DNA of 64,000 nucleotides from Eledone cirrhosa (taxonomy: Eukaryota). The position numbers were made by a program, and so were the translations under genes. The notes below the pieces were generated by a model. It had not been told where the DNA came from. It worked only from the letters and a program-made list of their open reading frames with translations, and made no database searches. Positions within the stretch are counted from its first letter, which is position 1, and each line of letters opens with the position of its first letter. The stretch covers positions 307,210,001-307,274,000 of the forward strand of contig OZ024740.1 of the NCBI GenBank assembly GCA_964016885.1, in the 5' to 3' direction. Of this stretch, positions 41,638 through 55,324 are shown one piece after another.

Positions 41638-41649
41638 TACATACATACA

Positions 41650-44620
41650 AAACGTAATAAAACAACAATACTAAATAAAATTAAATTAAACCAAATAATG
41701 AAATCGTACGTGATATTGACGAAATAGGGGATGACTATTTACGACGATTTAAAACCCCCATATTGTGGCAAATCAACACCTGTTTATATGCCCTAGCAAC
41801 GACAGTGAAGCCTTATCTTGGTGATAGCAGAGACATTAACAAGAACAAAACACCATCAAAAATATCATCATATATAACTAAAACAGATAAACAGATTGCT
41901 GACCAACGAAAAACTATAGGAAATGTGACAATGCTCTTTACGTGCAAACAAAAACAAAAAAACCTTCACTCCTCAACAACAAAGAGCGAAAAATAAAATA
42001 GAAACGATGTTTGGTGACAGTAGAACCAGAACTCTTTAATATACACTGATCACCCTCAAACAAGAATTGAGAGCTGTCAGCGAGAAACGTCGATAACAGA
42101 AGAAGGTAGATGAAAGAAAAGTACTCAATAAAAAAATTCAGACGAAACCAAACAACAGTCTATAGAGATATGAAGGGCAAAATAATAAGTGTCACTGAGG
42201 CCCCATCCCAGAAAGACATAGATTCCTTCTGGAGAAAAATATGTGGTGAAAAGAAGAATTTCAACCAAGATGCAGTGTGGCTAAAAGAAATCCAAAATAA
42301 CTATTGCTCCTACATACAACAAAAACATACGAAATAAGTGAAGATACCCTTGAGACTGTGATAGGAAAACTCCAAGATAAGAAAACACCAGGAAGAGACT
42401 TGAATGTCGGCTACTGTTACAAAAAAACTGATATTCTATCGGATGTATCTTATCGATCTCTACCAACAAGTTCTCAAGGGAGATACACATATACCAGAAT
42501 GGTTGACATTAGCACAAACAATACTGGTCCCAAGAACAAAGACTCCCACTTGGAAAAAAACTACCGATCCATTGCATGCCAGAACCTGATGTATAAGATG
42601 TATACTATTTCCCAAGATCACTGTGAAAATAACATCATCACGGATGAAAGGAAAGGTGTTTGGGGGTGTACTGAACAACTCCTAATCAACAAAACTGCGA
42701 TGTTTGGTGACAGTACAACCAACTTAGGAGGAATATAGCTACAGTCTGGCTGGACTAAAGGAAAGCATTTGATTCTGTTCCCCACTCTTGTATGATAGAG
42801 GCCCTCCGACTTGCTAAAGTCCCAGACATTATTATCAGAGTCATAGAGAAGCTGTGTTCTTGGGCTACTATCCTAAAGTTAAAAACAGAGAAGGAGGAGT
42901 CTATTTTTACTGATAAAATAGAATATCACAGGGGTATATTTCAATGAGACAGTCTCACTGTGCTACTATTTATCCTGTCATTAAACCCCTTGTCCTTTCT
43001 GCTCAAGAAATGTGAAAGATACATCATTGACTCGAAGGAGGGCGGAAATACGATCTTAATCCATAATTTCTTTGCGGATTACCTGAAACTCTATGCCAAG
43101 AACATAAATGGGATGAAGAAAAATCCTGACCTGGTTACAACATTGCAAAGGATATAGGGATGGAGTTTGGCCAAGATAAACGTTTATATATGATTCTAAA
43201 GTGGGGGAAAACTACAACCCACCCTAACAACATTGTTATCAATGGCCTAACTGTTTCACCGATATCTGACGAGGAATGCTACAGATTCCTGGAGATAGAT
43301 GAGAATATATCCTATAATGGTATTTGTAATAAGGAACGCGTAACCAAGGAATATTACACCCGATTAAGAAAAATATGGTCATCGGAACTCTCTGAACACA
43401 ATAAAACAGTGGCTCCCAATGTGTTTGATGTGCCTATCCTAACACCAACGTTTGGAATACTCTATTGCACAATAGACGAAATCCGAACAATTGATGTTAA
43501 AACTCGAAAAATTCTAAACAGCACCGGCAACCTCCACATCAACAGAGACTTAGACCGCCTCTACTTGAAACGTAAGCAGGGTGGCAGAGGGCTAACATCA
43601 GTCCAGACAACATTTGAATGTCGCATGATATCTCTCCGACAACATTTACGAACATCCAAACGTAGGATCCTATCTATTGAGCAAGTCTATCAGCATGAGG
43701 CAGATCATGTGAGTTGGGAAGGAACTCCTTGAAAGATACTCCCTGCATGATAATCAAAAGCTCACACCCAGGGAAATTGCCCAGCAATACCGAAGTGAAT
43801 CCATGGATGAAAAACTTCATGCTTATCAGCAAAATGTCATGCATGGATATGTTGCCAGGAAGCTCCAGAGTGAGAGTAATATAGATAAGCAAAGTAGTCT
43901 ATCTTCGACCAACAACCGCTATATTGGCTCCCACTTTGAAGGATATACTTTTGCAATCCAAGAACAGGAAATCAACACAAAATATCTGATTCACAAAAGA
44001 GATAGCGATGCAGGCAAAACACTTAGATGCGACAACAAATGCAGACTGCAGAATTAACATCGAAGATGTCACCTATATCATAGGTAGCTGTCCAAAGATG
44101 TCATCACGGTACTATTTACCTATGAGGCATGATGTAGTGGCCAAAACACTGTACAATGGAATCCGTACACCCGATTAAGAAAAATATGGTCATCGGATAG
44201 CTCCGATAATAAACACACCAAAAGTTACAGCAATGTGGAAGACGTATACATACATAATATGAAAGAGCACTGGTTGAATGTTCCAGTCAAAACCCCAATA
44301 AAATACAAACATAACAGATCATGGGACAGGGAAAAAAGGCATGAACGTTAGCTGCCCAGCAGAAGCCAATAAAATATTAAACATCAGCGAAAAGGAGAAT
44401 ATCTATGCAGAACTGATGAGAAATCTGCAGATACTCCACCCTGACTATACCTTCAGATTTATACCTGTGATTATTGGAGCACTGGGATATGTCAGTAACT
44501 GTCTCAATACAAATATTGATAAGCCAGAAAAAACACGACTAGTTAGGAAATTACAAGAACCATCCATTAATGGAACAGTAAAAATATGTAAAACATTCCA
44601 AAAATTCTGCAACTAATAAC
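41650..44620 (+). mobile_element. Long degenerate R4/Dong-like LINE
   Basis: NYRSIACQNLMYK, GCTEQLLINK, KAFDSVPH, GIFQ*DSL, FAD.LKL, SHFEGY.FAIQEQEI, CRL, RHD, GTVKICK. Many stops and frameshifts. Begins right after TACATACATAC. Confidence 0.85.
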
Positions 44621-45128
44621 TGCATGTACACATGTACAGACACAAAGTATATGCAAATGCGCATAAATAACTCAAAACATCAACATCCACACATGCATTA
44701 ACATCCATATATATATATTAGGTTATGCAAGAAATGCTTAGGATTATCCTGAATGCAGTAATGGTCAATTACTTCACTGGATAGAGTTGACGTACGGTGA
44801 GGGGTTACTTAACGAGTTATGGAAGAATAGTTGGAGAAACTCAGTTTCTGATCCTTCTGTATTCCGGAGTGTAGATAAAGAATGAATAATAACAGGTAGA
44901 CATCATAAAAAGGTAATTTATTCCGTGTGCTATCCACGGAATAAATTACCTTTTTGTGATGTCTACCTGTTATTATTAATTCTTTTTATATATATATATA
45001 TATATTATATAAGTTATTCCGGGCTGAATCGGAGGTAACCACAATACATAGCAGACTATAAAAGTGTTAATATAGAAGAGCTTCTACAGGACTAGAACTG
45101 TTTCATTCGTGAAAAATCATCAGGAAGC

Positions 45129-45177
45129 GCTTCCTGATGATTTCTCACGAATGAAACAGTTCTAGTCCTGTAGAAGC
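45129..45177 (+). ncRNA. Complete type I hammerhead, mirrored on the minus strand at 45080-45128
   Basis: GCUUC-CUGAUGA-UUUC-UCAC-GAAU-GAAA-CAG-UUCUAGUC-CUG-UA-GAAGC; GUA triplet. Confidence 0.85.
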
Positions 45178-45178
45178 T

Positions 45179-45255
<77 letters not shown>

Positions 45256-45399
45256 CAGGATAGAACGACTTTTAAACTAGTTAGACTATTACTCAACAGA
45301 GTACTCGATATTTGGGATAGTAGAGTATGGCTATATTATAAAGAGTCAGGGCCGTTTCAGCAGCTAGTTCCAGAGAAATTGTGTATAAGAGGGAACGGC

Positions 45400-45641
45400 T
45401 GTAGTGTGCGGGAGAGAAGACTGCGCTGGTATGGACATGTGATGCACATGGAGGAAAACGCAGTAGAGGAAGACCACGAAAAACATGGGCGGAGGTGGTG
45501 AGAGCTAACCTCAGATCGCTGAAGCTAGCGGAGGAGATGACAAAGGACCGTGACGAATGGAGAGATGCTGTGCTGAATAGGACCTGTCCCACCCTTGCAA
45601 GCAGGGAAAAGCGGACGTAAAATGCTGATGATGATGATGAT
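45400..45641 (+). mobile_element. RTE 3' end with (GAT)n tail
   Basis: LRWYGHV..RSRGRPRKTWAEVVRANL; matches 20540-20732. Confidence 0.8.
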
Positions 45642-45823
45642 AATTGTTTCTACTTTAGGCACAAGGCCAGCAATTACCCAGTGCATTACTGGTACTTTAT
45701 TTTATCGATCCCGTAAGGATGAAAGGCAAAGTCAACCTCGGCGGGATTTGAACTCAGATCGTAAAGGGACGTAACTATGCTGGAAAGCATGGCGTCCGAC
45801 CCTCTACCGATACTGCCAATCCA
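45641..45823 (-). mobile_element. tRNA-derived SINE (family 1)
   Basis: Near-identical to 17501-17684. Confidence 0.8.
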
Positions 45824-45830
45824 AATGATG

Positions 45831-45874
<44 letters not shown>

Positions 45875-46121
45875 CTATATATTTATCATCTATCCATTAT
45901 TTGTTTGACTGTCTATCTGGTTAGCTTTATTTATTTATTACGTAATAATGAGAAACGTCATTCGCATTTATTAATAGAGAAGGAACGCGAACACAAAACA
46001 ACAACAACAAAAAAAACGTGCAGTCACGAATAGAGAATCATATGCAAACATTCTCACTTAAGCGCGCGCACACTCACAGTGTAAACAATATATATTTCAC
46101 ATATAAAAAAAAAAAAATACG

Positions 46122-46490
46122 ATGCGGTAAAAAAACATTCAAGAGAGCTGGGCAACAGAAGGTCTGCGGAGAACCCTCCATTAAGCGAGTATTTTGGCAC
46201 TTAATTTTTTACATTAAGGGGGCCGAGCCCCATCCAGGTCACAACTCTTAGGTGCCCTTCTGCTGTCATTTAGCCATTCGGATATCGGAGACGTGCTGTG
46301 TATTTAAACCGTTAAGTCTCTGATATCCATATGGCTAAATGTCAGTAGAAGGGACCCCAGAAATCACGACCTGGATGAGCCCGGTCCCGCGAGAGTGTAA
46401 GAAGTTAAAGGCCGAAACACTCGCTTGAGAGGGGGTTTCTTCTCTGAAGATCTTCTGCTGTCCAGCTCACCTGAGAGTTTCTTACCACAT
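46122..46490. mobile_element. Foldback/MITE-like imperfect palindrome
   Basis: About 170-bp imperfect inverted arms. A separate copy of one end lies at 21886-21950. Confidence 0.6.
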
Positions 46491-46499
46491 ATAATTATT

Positions 46500-46750
46500 C
46501 GCAGTATCGGTAGAGGGTCGGACGCCATGGTTTGCAGTATAGAGTTACGCCCCTTTACGGTCTGAGTTCAAATCCCGGCGAAGTTGACTTTGCCTTTCAT
46601 CCTTACGGGGTCGATAAAATATAGTACCAGTAATGTACTGGGATGATAGCTGGTCTTGTGCCAAAAGTAGAAACAGTTATATTGGCAGTGGATTGGCAGT
46701 ATCGGTAGAGGGTCGGACGCTAGGCTTTGCAGCATGGAGTTACTACCCAA
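46500..46750 (+). mobile_element. Family 1 SINE plus start of a second head
   Basis: B box GAGTTCAAATCCC near 46565. Confidence 0.8.
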
Positions 46751-46996
46751 AAAGTAGAAAATTATATTGTCAATTTTCGTTTCATTTATAAACTAGAACC
46801 ATATCAGTAAAATGTGATTTCCATCTTTTAATGTTTTGTTTTCAGACATTCAACAGGTCATATTGGGGTGCCGTGGTCTTCAAGATTTTTATCGATCATA
46901 TCGATCCCAATACTCATTGTACGGTCACGTGTATACACATATGCACACACAAACAAACATCTATTTATTATCTATCTATCTCCCCCTCTCTCTCTC

Positions 46997-47033
<37 letters not shown>

Positions 47034-47051
47034 CCACAGACACTCACAAAA

Positions 47052-48142
47052 TCTTCTTCTCCTCGTTCTTCTCGTTCTTCTTGTTCTTCTCATTCTTCTC
47101 CTTCTTCTCCTTCTTCTTCTTCTTCTTCTTCTTCTTCTTCTTCTTCTTCTTCTTCTTCTTCTTCTCATTCTTCTTCTCATTCTTCTTCTCATTCTTCTTC
47201 TCATTCTTCTTCTTCTTCTTCTTCTTCTTCTTCTTCTTCTTCTTCTTCTTCTCATTCTCATTCTTCTTCTTCTTCTTCTTCTTCTTCTTCTTCTTCTTCT
47301 TCTTCTCATTCTCATTCTCATTCTTCTTCTTTTTCTCATTCTTCTCATTCTTCTCATTCTTCTTCTCATTCTTCTTCTCATTCTTCTTCTTCTTCTTCTT
47401 CTTCTCCTTCTTCTTCTCATTCTTCTTCTCCTTCTTCTCATTCTTCTTCTCATTCTTCTTCTTCTTCTCATTCTTCTTCTTCTTCTTCTTCTCATTCTTC
47501 TTCTCATTCTTCTTCTTCTTCTTCTTCTTCTTCTTCTTCTTCTTCTTCTTCTTCTCATTCTTCTTCTTCTTCTTCTTCTCATTCTTCTCCTTCTTCTTCT
47601 TCTTCTTCTTCTTCTTCTCTTCTTCTTCTCATTCTTCTTTCTTCTTCTCATTCTTCTTCTTCTCATTCTTCTTCTTCTCATTCTTCTTCTTCTCATTCTT
47701 CTTCTCATTCTTCTTCTTCTTCTTCTTCTTCTTCTTCTTCTTCTTCTTCTTCTTCTTCTCATTCTTCTTCTTCTTCTTCTTCTCATTCTTCTTCTCATTC
47801 TTCTTCTTCTTCTTCTTCTTCTTCTTCTTCTTCTTCTCATTCTTCTTCTTCTTCTTCTTCTTCTCATTCTTCTTCTTCTTCTTCTTCTCATTCTTCTTCT
47901 TCTTCTTTCTTCTTCTCATTCTTCTTCTTCTCATTCTTCTTCTTCTCATTCTTCTTCTTCTCATTCTTCTTCTTCTCATTCTTCTTTCTTCTTCTCATTC
48001 TTCTTTCTTCTTCTCATTCTTCTTCTTCTCATTCTTCTTCTCATTCTTCTTTCTTCGTCTCATTCTTCTTCTTCTCATTCTTCTTCTTCTCATTCTTCTT
48101 CTTCTCATTGTTCTTCTTCTTCTTCTTCTTCTGCTTCTTCTT
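47052..48142. repeat. Compound (TTC)n/(TCTCAT) microsatellite, about 1.1 kb
   Basis: Read directly; directly abuts an RTE 3' end. Confidence 0.95.
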
Positions 48143-48480
48143 CGCCCGCATATTTCCACTCCTAGTGGATTCTGTCAGAAACAACCATTTCCAACTGATC
48201 CGGCTGGATTCCCAAGCGAGACCAGCCGAGCCCATGGATGTTATCCAACCATCTTACTCGGGGACTACTCCTGGGTCTCCTGCCGGTTGGTTTTGCTCGT
48301 AAAATCTGTCCGGCGATTCTTTCCTGAAACATTCTAACCATATACCCGTAATAGTAAAGCTTTGATATCTTACTTCGTAGAAGTAGCGGCTCTATTTAGA
48401 GCGACTCTCTGATCTCCAAGCTACGCACTCTATCGAGTAACGTTACTCCCAAGACCCTTCGGAGGAATCCCATTTCGGTT
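48143..48480 (-). mobile_element. RTE-clade LINE 3' fragment with (GAA)n tail
   Basis: GVTLLDRVRS.EIRE.L..EPLLL..L..YG...RM..ERI..G.RPR..PR.RW.D.I on the minus strand. Confidence 0.75.
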
Positions 48481-48945
48481 ATTTTCTAAATTTTACTCTC
48501 AAAGTATTGGTCAATCCTAGGCTAGAGTTAGAGACTTTAACGAATCCAAAACCACGTGGTTATGAAGCGTCCTTCTTATCTACTCAGCCTGCACTTGTAA
48601 TAACCGATACGATACTTTTTACATTAATTCCGTTAAACCTCATGACATCATATAGGGTTTGGCTTTAGGGTTAGGCATAATTTGGGGAAGGGTGAAATGA
48701 AAAATAAAACCTGAAATTTTCTTTCTTCCAGTGTGTATAACCGTGTATATCATCGTTTCTTCTAGTGTGTATAATATCATCGTTTTTCCATGCTTGCATG
48801 GGTTCGACGAAGTCATCTTTAGTAGATTTTCTACAGCCCTTATTCTAAGTATGGTATATATACCACTGACATTTGTCGAACCACCATTATGCGACTAGTC
48901 ATTGTTTATGCGGGTCATAAATGTCACTGCTGATTTCATAATTCA

Positions 48946-49031
<86 letters not shown>

Positions 49032-49346
49032 CCTTCCTTGCAGTTTCCATGTACTAAATCCACTCACAAGGCATTGATAAACCTGGTGCTATAGTAGAAG
49101 ACAGTTACCCGGGATGCCACACAGTGGTATGGAAGGGACTGTATAACAAAAAATGAGACGCTCCCACTGTTTGCCATTATTCTGCCCGACCAGGGCTGAT
49201 CTGGAACTAAACAACAACTACAGCAATAACAATAAAAATAACAGAAGAGATGAGATGTGTTTGGTATGTATATATATATATATTTGTTATTTACGAAAAC
49301 AGTCGAAAATTAGAAGGCTATTTTTCACCAATTAGCTGCATATTTT

Positions 49347-49799
49347 TCACTCCTTTTTCGTCATAGTGGCATCAGAATTTTGGATATGGTGTTCACAACA
49401 CCCATGACAATTTGGGCAAGGATTGCAGCCACAGCTGTGGTACATTGGTGTCAATTGGATATTAGGGTCTGGTAGTTGAGCCTGTGGTAGATTAATTTTC
49501 CTTCTTTTCCGTTTGGCTTGAACTGCTTGACATGGATATTGTGGAATATTGGAGCAGTAAGAACAGTAGTTGCGGCAGGGGTCATAGCTGTGACAGTGAT
49601 CATGAAACTGACTATGACAGTGACCATAACGACCGTGAACTTGACCGTGACCGTGACCGTGACCGTGGCAGTGACCGTATCCATGTCCTTGACAGTGTCT
49701 CTGATGTCCATGAACATGACAGCGGTCATGTTTATGACAATGATGATGGTATGGTTTATGGGTATACATAATATTGGAATCCACTGAATCAGAACACAT
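49347..49799 (-). CDS. Single-exon 150-aa His/Cys-rich protein of unknown function
   Basis: True ATG in AAAAATG context; TGA stop; not a TE protein or pure microsatellite. HGHGHG/HCH tract, KRKRRK basic patch, C-terminal CGCNPCPNCHGCC. Promoter-like motifs upstream. Confidence 0.6.
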   Translation of the reverse strand: MCSDSVDSNIMYTHKPYHHHCHKHDRCHVHGHQRHCQGHGYGHCHGHGHGHGQVHGRYGHCHSQFHDHCHSYDPCRNYCSYCSNIPQYPCQAVQAKRKRRKINLPQAQLPDPNIQLTPMYHSCGCNPCPNCHGCCEHHIQNSDATMTKKE

Positions 49800-50013
49800 T
49801 TTTCTGCTACTTTGTGCAAAATGTCAAAATAGGTATTGTATTCTCTCCTGCGAGTAGACGCAGTTTTGTTTTGGCCAACTGGACTTTAATTTAACAATCT
49901 TCTTTTAGATTGTGAAAGCCTCACTAAAAGCCTCAACAAAATCCTCGCCTAACAGCCTAAAGTTGAAAAAATGTTAAGAGGATAACGCTTGATGCGTTTC
50001 CACTTGACTTGGC

Positions 50014-50070
50014 TTTCTATATGATGTAAAATTTTCAAAAATCACGAGGCAGACCATTATGACGACATAA
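50014..50070 (-). promoter_or_regulatory. Candidate promoter: TATA-like box and CRE-like palindrome
   Basis: TATAGAAA on minus (50014-50021) about 215 bp upstream of the ATG; TTATGACGACATAA (50057-50070), one mismatch from a TGACGTCA palindrome. Confidence 0.4.
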
Positions 50071-50093
50071 AACGTTTATCGTATAATAGATAT

Positions 50094-50124
<31 letters not shown>

Positions 50125-50576
50125 TTTTATAATTTATTTTTATTTGATTAAGCATACAGAAAAAGAAAGCAGTATTGGAAAACACTATAAATCCCATAAA
50201 TGAGAGGAAAAGGTGGGAAAGAATAAGGACTACTAGACAGAGGAAGAAAGAGGGAAAGGGAGAGGGTGACAGTCACTAAGCCTAGGTCAGAGCAATTTTT
50301 CGAAATTAGAATTGTTTGACGAAAAAAAAAAAAAAAAAACACTTAAGGTAGATATAACTACCGTTTTTATTAGAAGCAGTCTAGTCTTCTGAAAAAAATA
50401 AAAAACAATCAACAAAACTAGAACGTAAAATATTCTTACTATCTCTATGTGTAAAATATAAATAGGGAACCTCCAGTTTGACTACCCATTTAATAACAAC
50501 TAATTATAAATAATATTTTATTATACGTTTTATTCAAGTGATAAACAGTGTTTTATTACTCCTGGCAATGACACTT

Positions 50577-50647
<71 letters not shown>

Positions 50648-51412
50648 GCGTGCGTGTGTGTGTGTGTGTGTATGTGTGTGTGTGTGTGTAATTTTGTCTT
50701 ACAACAGCAAAATCCGACAAGCCTAGAGTAGCTCCAAAACACACCAAACGAAATAAAATTACAATTAAAACCATAAGACCGAAGACTTTTGAACGGGGAT
50801 CTTAGTCCATACATATATTATTTTTCCTTAGACAAATCTACCTAACAATTAAATACAACGAAAATTAAAACCTATCCGCTATACCAGTACTATGTAGAAG
50901 TGTATTGTAAGCAATAGTGGAATGAATGATGGTGTGTATATATACCACGTACGTAGACATGTACACGTATAATAAATAAAATTCATACATAAAACACACA
51001 ATAAAAAATAATAAAGCTAACACAATGCACACACAACACCTTTGAAATAAGGTCCTGGAGGACAAACCGAAACCATAACGTAAAAGTAAACGAAGTGGAT
51101 GCACTACTTATGATAACCCTCGCAGAAGTGAAACTCAACCGGCGTGTGTTTTTGGTTGGCAGTGTGATAACCCAAACACACGATTTTACATTAAAAAAAT
51201 CTTACAAAACAAATATAAAAACGATTTCAAACGAATGAAACAGTTCTAGTCCCGTAGAAGACATGCTTTAGATTGTTTAATTAAAACTATATCTCTAGGG
51301 AAAGATACTTGTGAAGTGTGCTTTTTAGATTACTATATTGGGATCTAACCCTCAGTTATTTTGTTCTCTCTCTCTCTCTTTACCTCTCTCTATCTCTATC
51401 TCTCTCTCACTC

Positions 51413-52168
<756 letters not shown>

Positions 52169-52479
52169 AAGAATTTTGGTAAAGTTTATATACATTTTTT
52201 TCTTCAAAGTTACATTTTAGACCTAGCTCCGTTTAATTTATTATTTGTCTAGTTAATTTCTACGGGCTAAGGAGATAGACTAGGTAAATTTTATCTAACT
52301 GTTCCTCGCGAGGGATAGTCTGTAGCATTTATCTGTTATTTCTTCGAAGGTTCATTTTAAACTTTGCTCCGTTTAAATGATTATTTATCTAGTTAATTTC
52401 TACGGACTAGGGAGAAAAAAGATAGGGTATATTTTATCTGATTGTTCTTCAAACTTACAATTTTATATTTATATATATA

Positions 52480-53420
52480 CTAGAAGCAGTACCCAGCGTT
52501 GCCTGGGTAGGTAAAATAATATCTGCTTTGATGAAAAGGTGTTGATCTTAGCGACTGCGAGTTTCTTGAAAATCGGACGTAAGGTGTAGCAAATGGCGAA
52601 ATGTTGAGTGAAATCATATGGAATATGTGGGAGGTGGAAAAAAATCGTATTTTGAAGAGTTAAACGGCTGCCACGCCGCCCCTGAACAAAAAATGCAAAG
52701 TGTAAAGCTACTTACTATAAGATGTGCAATGATAGGTTCTATCGTAGTATAAAAGTTGAACCAAATAAATTGATTTATGTGTGAGGTGGAGCCGAAGTTT
52801 CGAATTTGAACGAAATCGGTTGAAAAATGTGGGAGCTAGAGTCGAATAGGCGGAAATTTGAGCGAAAAGGTGGTATTTTGCGAATATTTAAGCGGCTGCC
52901 ACGCCGTTCCTGAACAAAAAATCCAAAATATAAAGCGACTTTAAGACGTGAAATAATCAGATCTAGTGTAGTGTAAAATTTGAATAAAGTAGGTTGATTA
53001 ATGTGGGAGCTAGAGCCGAAAAAGTGAAAATTTGAGTCTAAAAGTGATATTTTTGAATATTTAAGCGGCCGCCACGCCGTCCCTGAACAACAAATGCAAA
53101 ATATAAAGCCATTACAGGATGTGCAATGATAAATTCTATTTTGCTTTAAAATTTGAACGAAATTGGTGGCAAAATGTGGGAGCTAGAGCCAAAAATCTTA
53201 TTTTTCGATACCTAAAAAAAGGTGACCCCCCCCCCCCCCCCCTATCGATTTTTATCTGCAGAATGACCCCGGAATAAAAAAAATGATACGCTGATATATA
53301 GAAAACACTCCCCGATGACTAATCTATGAGCCTGTAAAGTTTCATGAAAATCGGTCGTAAGATGTAGGCCCCTATACGTAATACACAGACACACACACAT
53401 ACTTAATTTTATATATATAC

Positions 53421-53423
<3 letters not shown>
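52480..53423 (-). mobile_element. Non-autonomous Helitron with internal ~170-230-bp repeats
   Basis: CTAG end at 52480-52483 with hairpin TACCCAG-CGTTGC-CTGGGTA; 5' end TCTGTATATATATAAAAT; three CGGC(T/C)GCCACGCCG..CCTGAACAA units. Confidence 0.7.
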
Positions 53424-53456
<33 letters not shown>

Positions 53457-53725
53457 CGTTTCTGAATTTGTTTAGCAAGATTCTTTATCTGAAATCGTGT
53501 GTTGAAACCGATATTGTTATACTTTGGGAGGGCCATGAAGAGGTCACAGAGTGTGTGACGAAAGAACTATGACTATATATATATAAACAACTATCTGGTT
53601 GTGGAACCAACCAACCAACCAGAAATTTATAAATTTGTAAATTTATAAATATATATTAAATTAAATTGAAGTGAAAGCAACTGGTGCGTGTGTTTCTTAT
53701 TGGCAACATGGCCCTCCCAAAGTAT

Positions 53726-53767
<42 letters not shown>

Positions 53768-53859
53768 CGACAGTCGGTCGACTTACGTCAAATCGGACTA
53801 TGGTCTTTCCAATTGCTAATACTATCTATCGGTCGCAACTAGAGGTAGAAGGATCAACG

Positions 53860-53966
53860 TTAATTAAAGTGTCTTGCCCAAGGACTTAACGCATCGCCCG
53901 ATCCGGGAATCGAACTCACAACCTCACGATTGTTAAACCAATTCTCTAACCACTCAGCTATGCACC
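53860..53966 (-). mobile_element. tRNA-derived SINE (family 2) head
   Basis: A box TAGCTGAGTGG, B box GTTCGATTCC, then GTCCTTGGGCAAGACACTTT. Confidence 0.75.
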
Positions 53967-53982
53967 TTCTCTCTCCCTCCCC

Positions 53983-54050
<68 letters not shown>

Positions 54051-55324
54051 TAAAATAACAGATTAAAGTTTAAGCAAAGAATCGCTGCTTTCACCCTTAA
54101 CGGGATCTTCTGAAACTAACAAAGTCAATCTGTAAACGCAGAACTGGATATTTCAAAAAACGTTGCAACCGGAGGAAGACAGGAAGACGATACTTTGGTT
54201 CGTGGAAACGTTCGCTGGCTAAGAACGGGAAAAAACGAATATAATACGTCATTAATAGGAGCGGTGAAAAACAATTACGCGCAAAGACAGAACCACGTTT
54301 ATAGTATAATAGAGGTCGTAGACTAATGTTCTCTTAGGTGGTGCATAGAGACGTTCTCAATACGTCATATGTGGAGCGTGGAGAACAATAGCACGCAAAG
54401 ACAAAACCACGTAAATGGTATAGCAGAAGTCGTAGACTAAATTCTAACTAGGAGACCGAATGAATCTCCGCTACGGAGTTAAGAACAAAGTAAATAAATA
54501 CAATAGAGAAGTAATAGAAATAAATAAATACATACACGCAAACAGAAATGTACATACACAAGCATACGCAAAAACTTACCATAGGTAAACAAAACCACGC
54601 ACATATAAATATGTGTGTGTGTGTGTAAGCGTGTATACAAATAAATAAATAATTATATAAACGTATATAAATAAATAAATAATTATATAAACGTATATAA
54701 ATAAATAAATACGTATATAACAAGCGCACACACATACCTACATGTAAATACACGAATGTTCGGAGACGTAAGTCAACCAAAACATGAAGTACACATATAC
54801 ACACGCCCTACATACGTACGAACCTGCATACTCACACAGACGCAAAACTCCTGTATACACATAGTCGAACCATATGTACTAGAATATATAAAAAAAATAT
54901 ATGGCCAGAATATATAAAAAAATTATACGCCATAACAATCAAATATACGTACGAGAAGGTATACGTAGCTTCACAAAACATACGGATAATATATACTTAC
55001 CTATGCAAATAAGTAAAGGTATAAACAAAACATATACTTAGCTCCCACATCGAGACGTAAAATATCCACGTATAGATCGTACTATCCGCTAGGGTATAAC
55101 GTGGGGCTGTAATACAGGAAAGTTTTGTGCAATTTATGTTTACAAGCCGAAATTGCCTCAGATTTTTTGTTTAAGATGTGGTCTGTGGCGTAGAGTATTT
55201 CCAGGTTCTTATATATTTGATATATATTTATCCTTATCGAGCACTCTTTGGAGTTTAGTCTTCAAATTTATTATTATTACTATTTGGCTCCCTCGGTTGA
55301 GCACTCTACTGACTTATATTCATC

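Noticed and set aside
46831-48337. 444-489-aa poly-Leu/Ser/Phe and poly-Arg ORFs
   Set aside because: Translations of a TTC microsatellite, open in most frames.
48650-48676. TTAGGG telomere-like motif
   Set aside because: Only one or two copies; not an array.
49451-49819. Overlapping ORFs (RD-repeat on +, VT-repeat frames)
   Set aside because: By-products of the CACGGT repeat. The His/Cys frame is longest, has the best start context and has upstream promoter-like motifs.
53860-53966. Functional tRNA genes at A/B-box sites
   Set aside because: No complete cloverleaf, and each is followed by a SINE body.
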